Source: Scenedesmus sp. PABB004 (Eukaryota). Taken from it: a stretch of 64,000 nt of DNA. Under the pieces are notes generated by a model. It had not been told where the DNA came from and made no database searches. It saw only the letters and a program-made list of their open reading frames with translations. The stretch spans positions 4,464,001 through 4,528,000 of the forward strand of contig CM026547.1 in assembly GCA_014905635.1 (NCBI GenBank), read 5' to 3'. Positions within the stretch are counted from its first letter, which is position 1; the number at the start of each line of letters is the position of its first letter. The position numbers and the translations under genes are program-made. Below are positions 11,419 to 21,894 of this stretch, one piece after another.

Positions 11419-14400
11419 ATGGCCGACGCCAATGCGGCCATCTACGACCGCTGGTTCAAGGTCGCCGACGCCGACCAGGACGGCCGCGTGACCGGCGCCG
11501 ACGCGGTCGCGTGAGCGCCGCCGCCGCCGCCACCGCCGCCGCTGCCGCCGCCGCGGGGGCCGGGCCGCGCGCAGCCCTCGGTGTCCGCCGTGCGCGCCCG
11601 CGCCGAGCCGCGGCGCCGCGCCGCGCCACGCCCGCCGCGTAGCTTCTTCCAGCGCAGCGGACTGCCCAAGGAGGTGCTGGCCAAGGTGTGGGACCTCGCC
11701 AACAGCCAGCGCGCCGGCTACCTGGACCGCCCCGCCTTCCACAAGGCGATGGGGCTCATCGCCCTGGCGCAGAGCGGCAAGGACGTGACGCGGTGCGGCC
11801 CCGCGCGCCGCGCCACAGCCGGCCGGCCCGCGCGTCGCGGCCGCCCCATGGCGGCGGCGGCAGCCGCGCGGCGGGCTTGCTGAGCCATCGCCGCCGCCGC
11901 CGCCGTGGCGCGCGCAGCGACAACTACCTGGCCGCGCTGGAGGAGGGCGTCGCGCTGCCCACAATGGCGGGCCTGGACCTCCGGCCCTCGGGTGCGACGG
12001 CGGCGGCGGCGGTGGCGGCGGAGCGGGTCCCGGCCGGGCCCTGCGCCGCAGCAGCCAGCCAGAGGGGCCGGCAGCTGCCTGAGCCCGGCCCCGCCCGCGC
12101 CCCTGCCGCTCGTGCGCGCAGGCGGCGGCACGCACCCCCGGGCGCGCCCGAGCCCGGCGCGGGCGCGCCCGCGGCGGCGCCCGGCCCCGCCCGCGACGCC
12201 GCGTCCAACGGCGGCTACGCCTCGCCGCGCGCACGGGTGCGCGCCGCGCGAGCGCGGGCCGCGCTCGCGCGGGCCCTGCCCGCGCCGCGCCACGCCCGAG
12301 CCGCCCGTCGCCGCGCGCCGGCGCCGCAGCCGCCGCAGCAGGAGGCCGCGACGCCGCCGCGCGGCAAGGGCGGCAAGAAGCCGCTGCCGGCCAAGGTCGT
12401 GACCTCCATCATCGACGGCCTCAAGGCAATCTACTTCTCAAAGGCGAGCCGCCTTGGCCTGCCGGCATGGCACGCGCGTGCATTGCACGCGGTGCCCGTG
12501 GCGCCGCGCCGCGCCGCGCGCGGCGCCGCGCGCCGCTGTTGCGCCCGCTCGGCGCCGGCGGCGCGCGCCGCGGCCGCGCACGAGCCCCGCCGCGGCCGCG
12601 CCGCGCCGCGCAGGTGCGGCCGCTGGAGGACGCGTTCAAGTTTGGCAGCTTCTTCAGCCCGCTGCTCACGGAGAGCGACTTTGAGGCCAAGCCGAGCGTG
12701 CTGCTCCTCGGCCAGTACAGCACAGGCGCGCGCGGGCGCGGGCGGGGCGGCCGCGTGGCCCGCCCGCCAGCCCTGCCCGCCAGCCCCGTCAGCCCCGCGC
12801 GCCGTGGGCCGCCGCCCGCCGGTCACCGCCGCCGCTGCTCGCGCCGCGTGGCGCCAGGCAAGACCACGTTCATCAAGTTCCTGCTCGGCACTGACTACCC
12901 GGGGTGCCACATCGGGCCCGAGCCGACGACCGACCGGTGCGCCGCGCCCCCGGCCGCGGCGCCTCGGGCGCGGCGCACGCTGGGCCCCAGGCCCACCGCC
13001 GCGCGCCCGCCGCCCGCCCGCGCGCCGCGTGTCGCGGCGCGCAGGTTTGTGGTGGTGCAGCACGGCCTCGAGGAGCGCCGCACGCCCGGCAACACGCTCG
13101 CGGTGCAGCCCGACAAGCCCTACCAGGGGCTCAGCATGTTTGGCACGGGTGCGACCTAGCTAGCACCGCCGCCGCGCACGCGACACCGCCGCCCGCCACC
13201 ACCCCGCGCCGCGCGCCGCCGCGCCCCGCCCCACGCCGCCGGCCGCCCCTCCCTGCTCGCGCCGCGGCCAGGCTTCCTCTCGCGCTTCGAGGGCGCCTCG
13301 TGCCCCGCCAAGCTGCTGGAGGAGATCACCATCATCGACACGCCCGGCGTGCTCAGCGGCGAGAAGCAGGCGCGCGCCGCCCCCGCGCCGCCGGGACGCC
13401 GCCGGCCGAGCCCGCCGCCGCCGCGCCCGAAGCACCCCCGTGCAGCACACGCCCGCCGACGCGCGCCGCCGCCCACCGACGCGCGCCGCCGCGCCGCTCA
13501 ACGCGCCGCCGCCCGCCGACGCGCGCCGCCACACCGGTCAACGCCCCGCCGCCGCCCGTTGCGTGCGCGCGCGCGCAGCGCATCGAGCGCAACTACCAGT
13601 TCATCGACGTCTGCGAGTGGTTTGCGGTGCGCTCCGACCTCATCCTGCTGCTCTTCGACCCCTACAAGTGAGCCCCGCGCGGGCAGGCGGCGGGCGGCGC
13701 GCTGGCTGCGGGTGGCGCTCGCCGCGCGGCGCGCGTCCGGGCGCGCGGGCTGGCCGGCGGCGCGCCCACCCGCCGCCGCGCCCGCCGCCAGGCTGGACAT
13801 CAGCGACGAGTTCAAGCAGGTCATCAGCACGCTCAAGGGCCACGACGACAAGGCGCGCGGGCAGCGCACGCGCCGGCGCCGCCCCCGGCGCGGTGCCCCG
13901 GCGCGCCCCCGCTCGCTGCAGACGCCCCGCTGTTTTTTTCACGCGTGCGCCGCTTGTTGACACGCGCGCGCGCGCACACGCGCAGGTGCGCATCATCCTG
14001 AACAAGAGCGACCAGGTGGACCAGCAGCAGCTCATGCGCGTGTACGGCGCGCTCATGTGGTCCCTCGGTAAGGTCTTCAAGAGCCCAGAGGTCTGCAAGG
14101 TGGGCGCGGCCCCGAGCAGCCCGCGGCGCGGCGGCGTGCGCGGGGCGCTGCCGCCGGCCGCGCAGGGGCACGCCGCGCACGCCGCTCGACCGCGCGCTGC
14201 GCCTCGCTGCGCGCCGCGCCGCGCCGCCGAATGCGCCGCCGGCCGCGCTGCGCCGGCAGGTCTACATCGGCAGCTTCAACGCCGACGCGCCGATCGACGC
14301 GACCAAGAACCCGCACTGCGTGGACCTGTTTGGCAAGGAGCAGGCGCAGCTGCTGCACGACCTCTATGAGATACCCACGCGCTCCTGCGACCGCAAGGCG

Positions 14401-15207
14401 CGCGCGCCGCGCCTCCGCCGTCGCCTGCCCGCCGCGCCGCGCCGCGCCGCGCTGCGGCCTGCCCGCCGCAACCAAACTCAACCCAACTCACCCTCAACTT
14501 GACCCAACCCAACCTGGATCAAACTAAACCCAAACCCAGATCAACGAGTTTGTCAAGCGCGTGCGCGCGTTCCGCATCCACCTGCTCATCATGGGCCACA
14601 TGCGCGCCCACATGCCGGCCATGTTTGGCAAGGACAAGGCGGCGCGCAAGATGCTGGAGCACCTGCCAGACATCTTCTACCAGGCGCGCACCGCGCGACG
14701 CGGCGCGGCGCAGCGCACAGCGCAGCGCGGCGCGGCCCGCCGCACTGGCGTGGCGGCTCGCGGCGAGCGCGCGCCCACGCCCGCCTGCCGGTCGCCCGCC
14801 CGCCGCCCGCCGGCGCTGCGCGCCGCCGCGGCCGCAGGTGCAGCGCGAGCACCACCTGCCGGCGGGGGACTTCCCGGACGTGCACCGCTTCAGGGACATC
14901 CTGTCTGCGTTTGACCTCAGCGCCTTCCCCAAGATGAGCAAGTCCATGGTCAAGCAGGCGCGCTGGCCGCACGGCTGCGCCGGGCCGGGCCGGCGGCCGC
15001 GCCCCCCCGCGCGCCCGCGCCGGGCCGGCGGGTCGCGCGCGCGCGCGCGCGCCGCGCCTGGCGCCCGCGCCGCGGCCGCCGCCGACGAGCCGGGCGCGAC
15101 ACCGCGGCCGTGACCGTGACCGCGCGGCCGCGCGCGCGCAGATCGACGACGTGCTGAGCATCGACGTGCCCAACCTGGTGCGCGCGTTTGACAACCCCTA
15201 CCAGTGA
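11419..15207 (+). CDS. EHD1: EH-domain-containing dynamin-like protein, plant-type with N-terminal EH domain; about 16 exons
   Basis: EH: WFKVADADQDGRVTGADAV|FFQRSGLPKEVLAKVWDLA. P-loop LLGQYSTG|KTTFI, IGPEPTTD, IIDTPGVLSGEKQ, LLFDPYK, ILNKSDQV; ends RAFDNPYQ*. Confidence 0.95.
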
Positions 15208-15571
15208 GGGACCTCCGGGCAGCGGCGCTGCCCGGGCGGCCAGCGCTGGCTGCGGGGCCGCGGGTGGGCGCCGCGGAGCTGGCGCCCGCGCCGCGCGGGC
15301 CCGGGCCGCCCCACGGCGGGGGCGCGGGCGGGCGCGGCGGTCAGAAACGCGCGGGGCGAGAGCGTGGGCGGGGCGTCGCTGCTGCGGAAGCGGCAGGCGG
15401 CGGCGCTGGCGGCCTCACGGATCCAGCCGGCAGGGGCTGTCGAGCCTGGCGCAGGCGAGGAACCGTGCGTGGTGCGTGGCTCTGCGTGTGGGCACACGCC
15501 CCAAGTTACGAGTTCAGTCTTGACGGACCCGCCGCTCGTGGCCGCGGCTCGCCCCCCTGCGCGTTGCCCCT

Positions 15572-16006
15572 CCGCGGTCACCGCCGCTGGCCGCCGCTGC
15601 GCTGCCTGCCGCCGCGCGCGCGCCGGTGCCGCCCCGGCCGCCCGGCGCCGTCGCGGCCTCCCTCGTGGGGCACCTGCGGCGTCGCCCCGATCTCGGGTGC
15701 GTGGAGCTCCCCTGGCCAGGGGAGCTGCGCTGCCATGGCAGCGCTGAGCTCGGGCGATTCGAGGGTGGTCATCAGCGGCCGCCCGGTGACAAAGGGTTCC
15801 AGGTGCCCCCGTCGCTGCTCGCGCGCTGCTGGGGCCACGCCTGACCGCTGGAGGCGTGCCGGGTCGGGGCGCAGCCACGCGCGCGCGTGCGCGGCAGCGC
15901 AGCAGTCGCGCGCTCTCGCCGCGCGCCCACGCGCCGCCCTCGCCCGCGCGCCGCCACAGCTCCGGCCTAGACAACGAACTGCAGCCCTAGGCTACGCACT
16001 GCCCGC
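15572..16006 (+). repeat. Copy 1 of a ~420-bp direct repeat (copy 2 at 17402-17814)
   Basis: Long near-identical blocks in both copies, e.g. GGGCGATTCGAGGGTGGTCATCAGCGGCCGCCCGGTGACAAAGGG and CCACAGCTCCGGCCTAGACAACGAACTGCAGCCCTAGG. Confidence 0.95.
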
Positions 16007-16283
16007 GAAGACCGTGGGAAGAAGACTGAACTGACCAGCGCTGACCGGCAGCCCGCTCACGGCTCGCCCGACGGCAGGACCGATCGGCCGCACAAATCAA
16101 AAGCAAGAAGTGCGCAGTGCGGACAGAGCGACGCAGCATGCGGTCCGTGGAGCAGGCCAGAGCTCAGCGCCCCCATCCAGCCCGCCAGCGCGGCAACCAC
16201 ATCACAGGGCTGCCGGCAAGCGCAGACTGATCACGAGTCGCGAGTTGCCGCGGCGCGCCGCGTGCGGCTCAGTTGACAGCTGG

Positions 16284-17182
16284 CTAGCGCCCCGCGGGGC
16301 GCGCGCCGCCGCCCGCGGGCGCGGCGGGCGCGACGTTTGCGACCACGCCAAACGCCAGCCACTCGTCGCCCCAGTCGCCGCCGGGACGCAGCGCGCCGGC
16401 GGCCAGGCTGATGCGGCCTTTGTAAGAGTTCTCGCGCGAGGTGAAGGCGCTGCGCGGCGCAGCGGGGGACGCGGCGCGGCGAGGTGAGCCTCTCGCGCGG
16501 GGCGGCAGGCGGGCGGCGCGGGCCGGCCGGGGGCGGCGCGCGCACGCGCGCGCGGGCGCGACTCGGCGGCGGCGCGGCGCACCACTCGAGCTTGGCGCCG
16601 GGCGCCAGCGGCAGCGGCAGCTTGCGCCCGCCGCACGCGTCGAGGCGCAGGCGCTGGCGGATGTCGTCGCGGGTCACGCCCGCCGCGTCCATGAAGCGCG
16701 CGTCAACCACCACGACCCCGACCTGCGCGGGGCGGGCGGGGGGGGGGGGGGGGGTGGCGTTGGCGCGCGGCGCCGGTGCTGCCGGCGGCTGGCGCGCGGC
16801 GCCGGTGCTGGCGGCGGCTGGCGCGCATGTTATCGCCGCGGCGGCGCAGCGGGCGCCGCGGCGGGGGCGGCCGCGCAGCGGCCTGCGCACCGTGACGGGC
16901 TTGTTGCCGGTGTTGGTGATAACGGCGACGCCGGCGGCCTTGTTGCCGACGCGGGACGCCTTGATCGCCAGGCGCAGCGGCGGCTCGGCGCCCGCGGCCG
17001 CGCCGGCGTGCGCCGCGGCTGCGGCGCGGCGGCGGCACGGGCGCGTCGGCGAGAGGCACAGCGTGCGAGCCCGGGGCGCGGCCCGGGCGCCGCGCCGCAG
17101 CGGCGGCGGGGCGGGCCGGGCGGCGAGCAGCGGCGAGCACACCCGCGAGGAGCAACGTGGCCACGAAGACGCGGGCCGCCAT
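16284..17182 (-). CDS. Small secreted hypothetical protein, possibly Ig-like beta-sandwich; 4 exons
   Basis: MAARVFVATLLLA|AAHAGAAAGAEPPLRLAIKASRVGNKAAGVAVITNTGNKPVT|VGVVVVDARF..CGGRKLPLPLAPGAKLEC|AFTSRENSYKG..AGR*; GT-AG junctions join in frame. Confidence 0.7.
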
Positions 17183-17401
17183 CGCCGTTGACTGCCGGGC
17201 GTCGAGATGGGGTGGGAGGACGACACGCAGCGGTCGCGGAGCCGGGCTACGTCCGCGCGGCGGCGGCGTCCTGCGGCGGCGCTTCTGCGCGCGCACCGCG
17301 CCCTAAACTCAGCTCGCCCTGACTCAGCTCGCCCTGGCCGGCGGCGGAAAGCCAGCGCGTGACCCTCCAGCGTGCTGCAGGCGCGCTGGCGGGCCGCGCC
17401 G

Positions 17402-17814
17402 CCGAGGTCACCGCGCTGGGGCCGCCGCTTCGCTGCCTGCCGCCGCGCGTGCACCGGTGCCGCCCCCGGCCGCCCGGCGCCCTCGCGGCCCGGCTCGTGG
17501 GGCACCTGCGGCGTCGCCCCGATCTCGGGTGCGTGGAGCTCCCCTGGCAGCGCTGAGGTCGGGCGATTCGAGGGTGGTCATCAGCGGCCGCCCGGTGACA
17601 AAGGGCTACAGTGCCCCCGTCGCTGCTCACGCGCTGCTGGGGCCACGCCTGACCGCTGGAGGCGTGCCGGATCGAGGCGCAGCCACGCGCGCGCGTGCGC
17701 GGCAGCGCAGCAGTCGCGCGCTCTCGCCGCGCGCCCACGCGCCGCCCTCGCCCGCGCGCCGCCACAGCTCCGGCCTAGACAACGAACTGCAGCCCTAGGT
17801 CACGCACTGCCCGC
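17402..17814 (+). repeat. Copy 2 of the direct repeat; occupies the putative promoter/5'UTR of the PPR-cyclin gene
   Basis: Matches 15572-16006 and ends 17 nt before ATG 17832. Confidence 0.95.
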
Positions 17815-17831
17815 CTAGACGGCCCAGCGCC

Positions 17832-19467
17832 ATGCATCACCCGCGGCTGCTGCCCGCGTGAGCGCGCAAGGCGGCGCCGCGGCCCGCCCCAGCTCCCCTC
17901 GCGCGTCTCCGCGCGTCGGGTGGGCGGCGGGCAGCATGTGGGCGCCCCCCGCGAGCGCCGGGCCCGGGCCGAGCGGCCCCGGCGCCGGGCAGGACCTGCG
18001 GGCGCTCTTCCTGGCCGATCAGAGCCTCTACGCCAGCCTGGGCCTGGGCGGGGCCCCCGGCGAGGCCGGCGCGGCGCCCCCGAGCGCGGTCGGGTGGGGC
18101 GGGCAGGCGCTCCCCGACAGCAACGGCTACCGGGTGCCCTGGTTCGGCCGCAACCGCAACAAGGGCGGCGCCCACCGCCAGGCGCGCGCCGCCCACGGCG
18201 CGCGCGGGTGTGAGGCATGCCCAGCAGCCCGCGCCGACGCGCCCGGCGCCCCCGGCGCGGGCGGCCCGGCCTGCGGGCCGGGCGGTCCGGGCGGCGGACG
18301 CGGAGGAGAGGCCAGCCCCGGCGACGCGCTGAGCGTTGAGGAGGCGGTCGCGCTCGTGCGGCGGCTGCCGCGGGGCGACCCGCTGCCGGAGCGCCTCATG
18401 CGCGGCCTCGCGCACCTCGACAGCCGCGCCGTGGCGCTGCTGCTCAAGGACCTCGCCAAGGCGGGCCTCGACGCGCGGTCGTTCGAGCTGTTTGACGCGC
18501 TGCGCGCGCTCCCGGAGCGCCACCCGCTGCGCCGCCACTGCGACGTCTACACCTACACCGCGACGATCTCGCTCTGCATCTACCAGCAGGCCGCCGACCG
18601 CGCGATGGAGCTGCTGGGCGAGATGCGGGCGCGCGGCGTCGAGCGCAACGTGCACACGTACACGGCGCTCATGAATGTGTGTATCAAGTGCGGCCGCCTG
18701 CCGTCGGCGCTCGACATCTTTGCCGCGATGAAGGCCGAGGGCTGCACGCCAAACGTGGTGACCTACAACACGCTCATCGACGTGCACGGCAAGCTCGGGC
18801 AGTGGGAGCGCGCGGTCGGGGTGCTCAAGCTCATGCGCGACGAGGTGCGGACGACGCGCGGCGCCGGCGCCGGCAGCGCGCACGCGGCGGCAGCGGCAGC
18901 GCGGCAGCGCGGCGGCAGCGGGCGGCGCGCGCGCGCCGGCGCGCTCACGCCCGCGGCGCGCCCGCGCCGTCGCCGTCGCACCGCGCAGGGCGTGTCGCCG
19001 GCGCTGCGCACGTTCAACACGCTGATCATCGCGTGCAACATGTGCAACCAGCCGCGCGAGGCGCTCGGCGTGTACGGCGAGCTGCGCGGCGCGGGCTTTG
19101 AGCCCAACGCGACGACGTACAACGCGCTCATCAGCGCGCACGGCAAGCTGGGCCAGCTCGACCGCGTGCTGGAGGCGTACAAAGACATGGTCTGGAAGGG
19201 CCTCGAGCGCAGCGTGATCACCTACTCGTCCCTCATCAGCGCGTGCGAAAAGGCGGGGCGCTGGGAGACGGCGCTGCAGCTGTTTGGCGAGATGCAGCGC
19301 GACGGCTGCGCCGCCAACACGGTGACCTACAACAGCCTCATCACCGCCTGCGGCCAGGGTGCGCGCGCCGCGCGCGCCGCGCGCGCCAGGCGGCGGCGGC
19401 AGCGGCGGAGGGCGGGCGCGCGCCGCCGCGGGCAGCCGCCGGCCCCGCAGGCGCCGGCCCCGCCGAC

Positions 19468-19510
<43 letters not shown>

Positions 19511-21389
19511 GCGCGCAGGCGCGCAGTGGGAGAAGGCGCGCGCCGTGTTTGAGCAGATGCAGGCCGCCGGGTGCACGCCCGACGTGGTCACGTACACGGC
19601 GCTGATCAGCGCGCTCGAGCGCGGCGGGCAGTGGCAGCTGGCGGTCGACGCGTTCACGCAGATGGTCGCCCGCGGGTGCCGCCCCGACGCGATCGTGTAC
19701 AACGCCATCATCGACGCGCTGTGGCAGACGGGCGTCGTCTGGGCGCAGGCCAAGGCGCGCGAGCTGTTTGTGGGCGCGATGAAGCAGGGCTACTTCCGCA
19801 ACGCGCGCCTCAGCGCCGACGGCGGGCGCAGCGAGCTCAACCTGCACGCACTGACCGCGGGCGTCGCGATGCTCAGCCTGCACAGCTGGCTGCAGGACAT
19901 CCAGTGAGCGCGCGCGCGCGCCGGCGGCGGCAGCAGCAGCGGCGGCGCGCCGCGGACGCGCCGCGGCGGCGCGGGGCGCCCGTCCCGTCGCGCGCGCGCC
20001 GACCGCGTCCCGCCGCCCGTCCGCGCGCGCGCGCGCGCCGCAGGGCCAAGGCGCTGAGCGGCGGCGACGGCGCGCTGCCGCCGGTCGTTGCCGTCGTGAC
20101 CGACGCGGGCGCGGCGAGCCGGGAGCAGGGAAACTTCATCATCAAGGAGGCGGTCGCCACGCTCACCGCGTTCTGGGGCGCGCCCTTCAGGTGCGTGTGT
20201 GCTCGCGCGCGCGGCGTGCGGCGTGCAGCCGGCGCGGCGTGCGGCGCGGCGCGCGGCTGCTAACGCCGCCGCCGCCGCTGCGTGCGCCGCGACGTCGCCG
20301 TCGCAGGGCGGTGCAGGACCACACCTACCTCGGCGTGCTGGAGGCGCCCGGCCCGCAGCTCGCGGCGTGGGCGCGCAGCCCCGGCTTCTCCGCGGCGATT
20401 GCCTCGCTCTTCCCGCCCGGCACCGCCGACGCGGGCAGCGCCGAGCCCCGCGCCGCGGCGCAGCGCGAGTTCAGCGCGGCGGCGCAGTGCGGCGAGGCGT
20501 TTGGCGCGGTCTCGCGCTTCGAGGCGAGCCACAGCCTCGCGCTGCAGAACATGACGCTCCCGTTCCTGCAGCAGCGCACGGCGCTCATCGGGGCCATGCT
20601 CGACAAGGGCACGGCGCTGGGGCTCAAGGACGAGGTGGTGCACGACGGCGTGCTGCTGCTCGACCGCGCCGCGTCGACCGCCACGCAGGTGCGCCGCGCC
20701 GGGAGCCGCGGGCCCGCCGCGCGGCAGCAGCAGCAGCAGCCGCGGCGGCTGCCGCTCGCGCGCCGCCGCTCCCTCCCCCCGCCTCCGGCGCTGACGCCGC
20801 CGCCGCCGCCGCCGCCGCTCGTGCGCCGCCCTTCCCAGATGACTGCCGACGTGCTGCCGCTGGTCGCGGCCGCCGCGCTGCAGCTCGCGCTGTCGGCGGC
20901 GGGCCCGGCGGCCGACGCGCCCGCGCCGAGTGCGGCCGCGGTCGCCGAGGCGTGGGGCGTCGAGGCGCCGCGCCTGCTCGACATGTGCTGGCAGCTGCAG
21001 ACGCTGCTCAGCGACGACACGCTCGCCATCAGCACGATGCGCTGCCTCAAGGTCTACCTCGAGCGCATGGGCTACCGCTACCTGGACCGGCAGGGCCTGT
21101 ACGTCATGGCCGGCCTGCCCATCATGCTCGCCGTGGAGGCCCTCTTTGACATGAGTCTGCTCAACTGCCGCCCGAGCGTCGTCGCCGCGGCGCTGCTGTA
21201 CGCGGAGCGCCGCCAGCGCGGCGCGGTGCCGTTCTGGCCGTCCAGCCTCGCGCGCCTGACCGGCTATGAGGACCTCACCACGCCCGAGCTCGCGTGCGCG
21301 GTGCGCGCGGCGCAGAAGCTGTGCCGCAAGGCGCTGTACGCCCAGATCTACCGCGCGCAGAGCACCAGCCTCGCCGCGGCCTCGGCGTC

Positions 21390-21421
<32 letters not shown>

Positions 21422-21894
21422 CGCAGCAGCAGCAGCAGGCGCAGCAGCAGCAGGCGCAGCTGCAGCAGCACGCGGCGCTCGCGGCGCGCGCGGCAGCGCT
21501 GCAGGCGCAGGCGGCGGCGCTGCAGGGCCCGCCCAGCTCGGGCGCGATGGCGCGCGCCTTCAGCGGCGGCAGCAGCGGCAGCGGCGGCGGCGCACTCAGC
21601 GCGGCGCCCAGCGGCGCGCTGACGCTCGCCGCGCTCTCTGTGCCGATGGGCAGCCTGGGCGGCGGCGTGCCGAGCCTTGGCGGAGCGCCCATGGAGCTGC
21701 CGCTGCTGGCTCAGCTGCAGGGCCAGCAGGTGGGCGCCGCGCAGCAGCTGCTCGGCGGGCTGCCCATGGCGGCCAGCCTGTCCGCGGACCTGTCGGCGGC
21801 GCTGGGCGCCAGGCCGCCCGGCGGCGCCGGCGCCGGCGCCGGCCCGCAGGAGAGCGTGGCCTTCTCGCTAGGCCTGCTGAACCTGAACGCCTGA
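17832..21894 (+). CDS. PPR-cyclin protein: P-type PPR array + Smr-like domain + cyclin-like domain + polyQ tail
   Basis: Tandem 35-aa motifs (NVHTYTALMNVCIKCG, NVVTYNTLIDVHGKLG, SVITYSSLISACEKAG, DVVTYTALISALERGG); Smr-like ELNLHALTAGVAML; cyclin-like QRTALIGAML..LGLKDEVVHDGVLLLDR and RPSVVAAALL. Confidence 0.9.

Noticed and set aside
14470..14539. Telomere-like AAACCC/CAACC tract in an EHD1 intron
   Set aside because: Short and degenerate, with no true CCCTAAA array; treated as simple sequence.
15572..17814. LTR retrotransposon or TRIM
   Set aside because: No TG..CA termini, TSD, PBS/PPT or gag/pol; the interior is an intron-containing cellular-type gene.
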